This document shows, piece after piece, positions 57,971-64,000 of a stretch of DNA of 64,000 bases; the stretch's first letter is position 1; each line of letters begins with the position of its first letter. Location: assembly GCA_934501535.1 (NCBI GenBank), contig CAKSUM010000007.1, positions 47,578-111,577 of the forward strand, written 5' to 3'. A program made the translations under genes and the position numbers. This DNA comes from an uncultured Clostridia bacterium. Lineage in GTDB: Bacteria; Bacillota; Clostridia; UBA1381. Below the pieces are notes generated by a model that saw only the letters and a program-made list of their open reading frames with translations, did no database searches and was not told the DNA's origin.

Positions 57971-59965
57971 ATGAAGAATGAAATTTTTAATATTTCGTAT
58001 TACAGCGGAACGGGCTGTGTACGTTCGATAATATTAAATGATGACAGGCACGCGATGAACTGGGCCGGGCAGACGCATCACTGGGGTGAGATATTTACGA
58101 GAAAGCGTCCCGGTGCTTACGCGGAAACACCGGCATGGAATTTCGGCAGCCGTATGCAGCTGCGGCATTTCTGTGAGGACGGCGTACATCAGGAGGCTTT
58201 TTACGGCAACGGCCGCTTAGATGTTCACGTCACCCGATGTTTTACGGAAAAGGGGCGTTTTTGCGAAAGCTACACCTTCACAAACATCGGCAAAAGCGAG
58301 CTTTTCTGCCGCAAAGGCGAGGTCGGAATATATGTTCCGTTATGTGATGAATACACCTCCGCCGCAATAAGCCAGACCGAAAAATGTCATGCGCATGTAT
58401 GGTGCGGTGAAAATGCGTCATGGATTAACGCGCTCAGGCAGGGTATCTCGGATAAAAACTTAGGCTTGATTGTCACCGCCGGTTCAGTAGACTGCTACAG
58501 TATAGACCGTGATAACCAAAAGCTTGCAACCGCAACACGCGGCAACATTATTCTACACCCCCAAATGCCGCCGATGCTCCCCGGGGAAAGCTATACCGTA
58601 TCATGGGAGTTGTTTGAACATGCAGGCAATGACGATTTCGGGCGCATTATTGCACAGCAGGACGGAATATTTGATATATCCGCAGATTTTTATACGATTT
58701 TGGAGGGCGAGAAATTCCGTTTCAGTATTCCCTATTCCGAAAATCTTAAAATAACATGTTTCGGAAACAATGTTCCTTTCACCGAAAAAGACGGCAGAGC
58801 ATACATATCTTATCCGCCGGTAAAGTTCGGCGAGTACAAATTTATAATAGAAAGAAACGGCAAGCGCACTCATATATGCATGTATTATTCCGGTAATTTG
58901 GAAAAGCTGATAAAGACGCGCCTTGATTTTATCGCGGACAATCAGCAATATCACCGCAGCGGCAGTCACTTGGACGGTGCATATCTGATTTATGACACAA
59001 AAGATGACTACCTTTATTTTAATGATGAAAATTCCGACCATAACGCCTCACGCGAACGCCTCGGAATGGGGCTTGCAATGGCGAAGTATCTTCAGTCGCA
59101 CAAAGACGAAAAGCTTGAAAAGAGTCTTGAAAAGTACGTCGAATTTGCGCTGCGTGAGTTTATAGACGCAGAAACCGGTGAGGTTTTCAACACGGTAGGC
59201 AAAAATCCGAACGCAAAACGTCTTTACAACGCGCCGTGGGCAATGACATTTATGGCTGAACTGTACAGGCTTTGGGAGGACGATAAATACCTTGATATTT
59301 TAAACAAAATAATCACGCACTACTACACTCTCGGCGGAGCAAAATTTTATCCGAACGGGTTCAGTCCCAAATTTATAGCGGACACACTAAGCATGGGCGG
59401 AAAGACGGAATATGCCCGTTCCGCAGCGGCATATTTCAAGGAACATTCTGAAAACATGCTGAAAATCGGCTTAAACTATCCTCCGCACGAGGTTATTTAC
59501 GAACAGACCATCGTAACTCCGGCCGTTACGGTCATCAGCGATATGGGCATGATGCTCGGCGATGACAGCTATGTAAGCAAAGTTGACGCACATGTTAAAA
59601 CGCTGGAACGTTTCAGCGGCAACCAGCCCGATTACAGACTGAACGGTATACCTATTCGGTATTGGGACGATTATTGGTTCGGAAAATCCGCACTGTTCGC
59701 CGATACGCTGCATTACTGGAGCTGCCTCAGCGCCCGTTCGGATTATGATTATTATTTGCTGTCCGGAGATGAAGAACGCAGGCATGCTGCTGAAAACTGC
59801 ATGAGAAACTGTCTTTGTCTGTTCACAGAGGACGGCAGAGCGTCATGTGCTTATGTATATCCGTTCTGCGTAGACGAACATGACGGTGAATTTTTTGATG
59901 ACTGGGCAAATGACCAGGATTTTGCACTGTATTTCGCAATGCAGATTTTAAACGGTAATTTTTAA
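57971..59965 (+). CDS. uncharacterised cytoplasmic 664 aa protein (possibly a beta-sandwich plus alpha/alpha-barrel glycosidase/lyase-like fold)
   Basis: Long clean ORF with GGAGGG upstream and no signal peptide. The C-terminal half is helix-hairpin-like and rich in W/Y/D. I recognise no family motif. Confidence 0.6.
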   Translation: MKNEIFNISYYSGTGCVRSIILNDDRHAMNWAGQTHHWGEIFTRKRPGAYAETPAWNFGSRMQLRHFCEDGVHQEAFYGNGRLDVHVTRCFTEKGRFCESYTFTNIGKSELFCRKGEVGIYVPLCDEYTSAAISQTEKCHAHVWCGENASWINALRQGISDKNLGLIVTAGSVDCYSIDRDNQKLATATRGNIILHPQMPPMLPGESYTVSWELFEHAGNDDFGRIIAQQDGIFDISADFYTILEGEKFRFSIPYSENLKITCFGNNVPFTEKDGRAYISYPPVKFGEYKFIIERNGKRTHICMYYSGNLEKLIKTRLDFIADNQQYHRSGSHLDGAYLIYDTKDDYLYFNDENSDHNASRERLGMGLAMAKYLQSHKDEKLEKSLEKYVEFALREFIDAETGEVFNTVGKNPNAKRLYNAPWAMTFMAELYRLWEDDKYLDILNKIITHYYTLGGAKFYPNGFSPKFIADTLSMGGKTEYARSAAAYFKEHSENMLKIGLNYPPHEVIYEQTIVTPAVTVISDMGMMLGDDSYVSKVDAHVKTLERFSGNQPDYRLNGIPIRYWDDYWFGKSALFADTLHYWSCLSARSDYDYYLLSGDEERRHAAENCMRNCLCLFTEDGRASCAYVYPFCVDEHDGEFFDDWANDQDFALYFAMQILNGNF

Positions 59966-59970
59966 TATAA

Positions 59971-60008
59971 AAAAAGCGGCAGTGTATTGTTTTACACCGC
60001 CGCTTTTT
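59971..60008. terminator. bidirectional intrinsic terminator
   Basis: AAAAAGCGGC ... GCCGCTTTTT stem with an inner GTGTA/TACAC pairing, between convergent genes. Confidence 0.65.
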
Positions 60009-60015
60009 ATCGGTA

Positions 60016-61299
60016 TCAGTCGGGCTTAATAACCGACATTACACATAAATCATTGTTGAACTGCTGTCTGAACCGATTTTCTATATCCTCAAAGGTTATC
60101 GTTTCATACTCATCATAGTAATCAAGATAATTAATATCCATAAAAGACATCGTTATAAAAGTATGTGCATAACCTTCTATACTGTTGTACGAACGAATAT
60201 AATCGCCCCAGATTACCTTTTTAATTCTTTCAAAATCATCGCGCGAAAGTCCTGTTTTTAAAAGTTCGTCCACATATTCCGTCACCCTGTCATAAACCGC
60301 CTTGGGATTTTTGCTTTCACCGTCGATTTCCGTGTATGCATAATCCACCTGCGGCGCGTACTCAAATGAAAAATTCTGGGTGATAAGTCCCTCATTGTAA
60401 AGTTCATTGTACAGTTTTGAGCCTTTTCCGAACAGCATTTCGGTCAGGATTTCCATTTCGATTGCCTTTTTTAAAAGCTTTCTTCCGGAATATCCCACAT
60501 CGTTGTCCTTCCAGCCGAGCATAAACATCGGCGTTGCCACGCTGATTTTCTGTTCTTTGTATTTCCCTGCGGTATCAAGCGGTTCATCCGGATAAATTCG
60601 CTTTATTTCTTCGGTAAACGGCTCATTTTTCTTTATGTTTTTCTCTATAACCTCAAGCATTTCTTCCGGGTCGAAATCACCCGTGACAAAAAGCGCCATA
60701 TTGGACAGGTTATAAAATGTATTGTAGCATTTATACAAAAGCTTATAATCTATTTCAGCAATGCTTTCAACCGTTCCCGCAATATCAAGCTTTACGGGAT
60801 TGTTGTGATATAAAAGTCCCAGGAAATTGAAAAACAGCCGCCACGGCGCATTATCGTCATACATGCGTATTTCCTGACCGATTATTCCCTGCTCTTTGCG
60901 AACGCTTTCCTCCGTAAAGTACGGCGACTGAACATAATCCATCAGCGTTTCGAGATTTTCGTTAAAATGTTCCGTTGCAGAAAACAGATACGCGGTCATA
61001 TTAAAGCTCGTAAATGCGTTCGCCTCTCCGCCGTACCGCGAAAACTTGTCAAAAACATTGCTCCCGTCGGGCTGGTCAAACATCTTATGCTCAAGATAAT
61101 GTGCAATTCCGTCCGGCACCTTTGTAACCTTATCTTCTCCCGGAACAACAAACTCGGAATCAACCGAACCGTATTTGGTGCCGAAAATCGCATAGCCCGA
61201 ACGGTATTCCTTGCGCGGCATGATATAAACGGAAAGTCCGCTTTTATGTTTTTTATAGTATATGCTCTCGCCCGTGAGCTTATCTGTCAGTTTTTCCAT
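60016..61299 (-). CDS. M16 (pitrilysin/insulinase) family zinc peptidase, catalytic-type subunit (YmfH-like)
   Basis: 427 aa. Has an intact HxxEH motif (GIAHYLEHKMF). Confidence 0.85.
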   Translation of the reverse strand: MEKLTDKLTGESIYYKKHKSGLSVYIMPRKEYRSGYAIFGTKYGSVDSEFVVPGEDKVTKVPDGIAHYLEHKMFDQPDGSNVFDKFSRYGGEANAFTSFNMTAYLFSATEHFNENLETLMDYVQSPYFTEESVRKEQGIIGQEIRMYDDNAPWRLFFNFLGLLYHNNPVKLDIAGTVESIAEIDYKLLYKCYNTFYNLSNMALFVTGDFDPEEMLEVIEKNIKKNEPFTEEIKRIYPDEPLDTAGKYKEQKISVATPMFMLGWKDNDVGYSGRKLLKKAIEMEILTEMLFGKGSKLYNELYNEGLITQNFSFEYAPQVDYAYTEIDGESKNPKAVYDRVTEYVDELLKTGLSRDDFERIKKVIWGDYIRSYNSIEGYAHTFITMSFMDINYLDYYDEYETITFEDIENRFRQQFNNDLCVMSVIKPD

Positions 61300-62561
61300 T
61301 ATTGTTCCTCCTTTCCGGTCAGAAAATACACCGTATCAAGGCGCACCTTTGTCATCGCCGCCGTAACATCGGCAAGCGTCACGGCACTGACGGCTTTTTT
61401 CTGTTCTTCAATATCCATGCTGCTTGCACTTATTTTCTGATTGAGCCAGTAGCTTATCAGCGATTCCTGACTGTCATAATACGAATCAAGACTGTTTATA
61501 AGAAATCCTTTGCTTGAATTAAATTCCAAATCCGAAATATTGCCTTTTTTCATTTCCTCCAGCTGCGCAAGCGTTTCCTCATACGCTTTTTCGAAGTTTT
61601 TAAACTCAATACCGGCATTAACCATGAGAAAACCCTTGTATTTATCAATGAATGACCCGGCATAATATGCAAGACTCAGTTTTTCGCGGACATTGTTGAA
61701 AAGCTTGCTCTGCGCACCGCCTCCGAATATCGCATTTCCCACAACCAAACCGAAATATTCTTTATCACCGGGTTTTGTGTCGGTTGTAAATCCCATGGAA
61801 AGTTTTCCCTGGGTTACATTCATTTTTTCGGTAATGTTTTTAACCGGCATATTGCTTTGCAGTATGTTGTTTTCCGGCATTTTGACAGGTTCAAAGGTAT
61901 ATGCTTCGGCAGCGCTGCGGATTTGTCCTTCAAGCTCCGCGATGTCTGCCTCACCGCATACGAAAATGTCAATCGGCGAGCTGATAATGATTTTTTTGTA
62001 ATGCTCGTACAGCTCCTCGCGCGTCAGCTTTTTCATTTTTTCGGCATATCCCAGACGAGGAATTTCGTATTTATCTCCCTTTGCCATTTCCTCCTGACAG
62101 CGATAGTTGGCATATATGCGCTTGTCATTTATGATGTTTTCTATTTTTGTAACAGAATTTGAGCGCTCCTGCATAAAGCTGTCGGGGTCAAACTCATCAA
62201 GAGTATCAAATACCACCGACAATATCAGCTTTAATACTCCGGAAACGAGCTTTTCACCGCCCGGCGCATATTTATCGGATATGGTTTCGCCGTCAAAGCA
62301 CAGTATATGGTCATTTCCTCTTTTCGCTATGCCTGCGGAAAAACTCGCACCGTAAAGATTTTCCAGGTAGTGTTCACGTTCCTCCGAAGTTTTGCACATC
62401 CTGCAGCCGCGTTTTAAAACGTGCGGCAGCAATGCGTTTTTTGACGCCTCGTTTCTGTCAAGCTCCCTGTGTATATAGAGGCTTACAGATGTTTTTTTCA
62501 ATTTCTCCATAGGAATATGGGTTAGAGTTATATTATCATTTATCTTTATAACCTTCAGCAT
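61299..62561 (-). CDS. M16 family peptidase-like protein, non-catalytic-type partner (YmfF-like)
   Basis: 420 aa with the M16 fold pattern, but the zinc motif position reads PHVLKRG (no HxxEH). Its stop overlaps the start of the downstream M16 gene. Confidence 0.8.
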   Translation of the reverse strand: MLKVIKINDNITLTHIPMEKLKKTSVSLYIHRELDRNEASKNALLPHVLKRGCRMCKTSEEREHYLENLYGASFSAGIAKRGNDHILCFDGETISDKYAPGGEKLVSGVLKLILSVVFDTLDEFDPDSFMQERSNSVTKIENIINDKRIYANYRCQEEMAKGDKYEIPRLGYAEKMKKLTREELYEHYKKIIISSPIDIFVCGEADIAELEGQIRSAAEAYTFEPVKMPENNILQSNMPVKNITEKMNVTQGKLSMGFTTDTKPGDKEYFGLVVGNAIFGGGAQSKLFNNVREKLSLAYYAGSFIDKYKGFLMVNAGIEFKNFEKAYEETLAQLEEMKKGNISDLEFNSSKGFLINSLDSYYDSQESLISYWLNQKISASSMDIEEQKKAVSAVTLADVTAAMTKVRLDTVYFLTGKEEQ

Positions 62562-62634
62562 ATTTCCGCTCCTTTATTAATCGTAAAAACTTTTCACTTA
62601 ACTATTTTACCGCGAAAAGGCAAAAATGTCAATA

Positions 62635-63582
62635 TTATCCTACATAACTTTCTATATCTTCAAACGTTAAATCCTTGTGCAGGGCAAGATTAATGCCGTT
62701 TGCAACCGTCTTTGCGGCACGTTCTATAACAAGGTCAATATCCTTGGGTGTAACCATCATATTCCCCACGCTCCCCGTAAGAGCTTTATGAATTATTTCG
62801 CGCTTATTTATTTTCGTCAGGCAGCCCGACAGCTCACCGTTTTGGGAAACCGCCATATCAATGCTGTCGGAGGCTATGGTCGCGGCGTCAACAACCGTCG
62901 GAACACCGATTGCAATGACGCGTGTACCCACGCTTTTTTCATCAATTCCGCTGCGCTTGTTTTCAACGCCCGAACCGGGGCTTATGCCGCTGTCGGAAAT
63001 CTGTATTGTTGTGGAAATTCTGTCAATGCTGCGCGACGCAAGCGCGTCAACCGCAATTATAAGCTCAGGTTTTATTTTGTCGGCAACACCCTTTATGATG
63101 TCGGTTGTTTCTATGCCCGTAGTTCCCAAAACTCCCGGAATTATTGCACAGACCGAACTGTAGGAATCATCAAGAAAGTCCGACATATGCGTTTTAATAT
63201 GGTTTGTAACCATAAGCCGCGAAACAACTTCGGGGCCGAGGGCGTCCGGCGTAATAAATTTATTTCCCAGTCCCACAACAAGAGTTTTCGTATTTTCCGA
63301 TATGCTGCAAAGACTGCGAATTTGCTTTGAGATTTCAATACACGCTTTTTCATACGCATCATTCGAGTATTTGAGCTGCGGTGCTTCTATGGTAATGTAC
63401 TTTCCTATCGGCTTGCCGAGAATTTTCTCTCCTTGCTCATCACGCACCCTGATAACCGTAACATATATTCCGTCGGCATCGTATTCTTCAATATCAATCC
63501 CGTCTAAATGATTTTCTTCAGCCGTTTCCTTGCTGCACATTTCATGAGCCTCAATCGCCAAATCCGTTCTTATTTCACTCAT
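62635..63582 (-). CDS. gpr: GPR endopeptidase (spore germination protease)
   Basis: 315 aa. MSEIRTDLAIEAHEM ... VVGLGN..ITPDALGP ... IIAVDALASRS are typical GPR motifs. Confidence 0.9.
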   Translation of the reverse strand: MSEIRTDLAIEAHEMCSKETAEENHLDGIDIEEYDADGIYVTVIRVRDEQGEKILGKPIGKYITIEAPQLKYSNDAYEKACIEISKQIRSLCSISENTKTLVVGLGNKFITPDALGPEVVSRLMVTNHIKTHMSDFLDDSYSSVCAIIPGVLGTTGIETTDIIKGVADKIKPELIIAVDALASRSIDRISTTIQISDSGISPGSGVENKRSGIDEKSVGTRVIAIGVPTVVDAATIASDSIDMAVSQNGELSGCLTKINKREIIHKALTGSVGNMMVTPKDIDLVIERAAKTVANGINLALHKDLTFEDIESYVG

Positions 63583-63752
63583 ATTCTCACTCCTTTTTGT
63601 TATCTTCTGTAATTTATTATGAAACTATTCTTCTATTTTCTCCGACAATTTTTTTATTGCCCTTTTTTCAATCCTCGATACTGTTCGCCGCGGCTGTTGT
63701 AAGTAAAAATCACACAAAATTATATTGTCATTTTTGGCTTAACCGTGCCGTT

Positions 63753-64000
63753 TTACGGCTTTTTTTCAAGTTCTTTAAACCGAAATTTTATGATGATATT
63801 TTTATCCTGTGTAAGTTCGATGCGTTCTATGAGACTCACCAAAATTTCCCGGCTCGCATACTCCGAATTTATAAATTCGCGCACCATTTTTTTCGCCGTT
63901 TCGCCGTGACTTTTTTTGTTGTGTTTTTCTTTTTCAAGCACGTGTAATTTTTCCTCAATAATACTCCTGTCCTCTTTTGCGCGCCGATAAATCCGCTCAA
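63753..64000 (-). CDS. C-terminal end of a probable large serine recombinase (DUF4368-like tail); the N-terminus lies beyond the right edge
   Basis: The frame is open from the window edge to the stop at 63753. The charged coiled-coil-like text ERIYRRAKEDRSIIEEKLHVLEKEKHNKKSHGE is followed by REILVSLIERIELTQDKNIIIKFRF, which resembles the C-terminal tails of clostridial large serine recombinases. This is recognition from memory only. Confidence 0.4.
   Translation of the reverse strand, partial: ERIYRRAKEDRSIIEEKLHVLEKEKHNKKSHGETAKKMVREFINSEYASREILVSLIERIELTQDKNIIIKFRFKELEKKP

Noticed and set aside
63597-63947. 116 aa plus-strand ORF between gpr and the recombinase tail.
   Set aside because: It is a Phe/Leu-rich low-complexity translation, antisense to the better-supported recombinase C-terminus. 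It has no RBS.
1-64000. Defence systems, CRISPR arrays, toxin-antitoxin pairs, tRNA/rRNA genes, IS elements.
   Set aside because: I looked for direct-repeat/spacer periodicity, tRNA T-arm motifs, nuclease, helicase or methylase motifs, and transposase DDE signatures in all ORFs of 60 aa or more. I found none. The only mobile-element hint is the partial recombinase at the right edge.

Overview
All calls below rest on reading the supplied ORF translations and the DNA by eye; no database search was possible. The window looks like chromosomal DNA from a spore-forming, SLH-bearing Firmicute of the Clostridia type, based on the gpr spore protease, a DUF1540-like Cys-rich protein, rubrerythrin, PPDK and SLH wall anchors. 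Most of it is ordinary, tightly packed housekeeping:
- a hexuronate operon (uxaB-uxaA-uxaC plus a GH4 enzyme) with a divergent AraC regulator
- metY-metA
- carA-carB
- rubrerythrin and a ferredoxin
- trkA-trkH
- an ABC exporter
- a nagA plus three dehydrogenase operon
- ppdK
- radA
- infC-rpmI-rplT
- cysK
- an M16 peptidase pair
- gpr

The one clearly accessory stretch is about 27.7-50.7 kb. An 18 kb minus-strand gene string encodes an orphan lipoprotein solute-binding protein followed by five giant (958-1306 aa) secreted proteins. These are built from SLH anchors, SbsA/Big_5-like Ig repeats, CBM4/9-like jelly-roll modules, two paralogous Asp-box (BNR) double-propeller proteins and one SGNH/CE12-like esterase. 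The string is transcribed divergently from a multi-TM histidine kinase / LuxR-type response regulator pair and lies next to a cytoplasmic GH78 rhamnosidase. I read this as a poorly characterised, wall-anchored glycan-processing locus, probably for rhamnose-containing pectin or a similar polysaccharide, in which much of the protein mass has no recognisable catalytic domain.

Smaller curiosities:
- an 11-codon upstream ORF with tandem Cys codons in the cysK leader
- a decayed AraC regulator beside an intact 21-bp-spaced direct-repeat operator
- an ATA start codon on infC behind an L20-leader-like attenuator
- the C-terminal end of a probable large serine recombinase running off the right edge

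I saw no CRISPR array, tRNA, rRNA, transposase or recognisable defence system.
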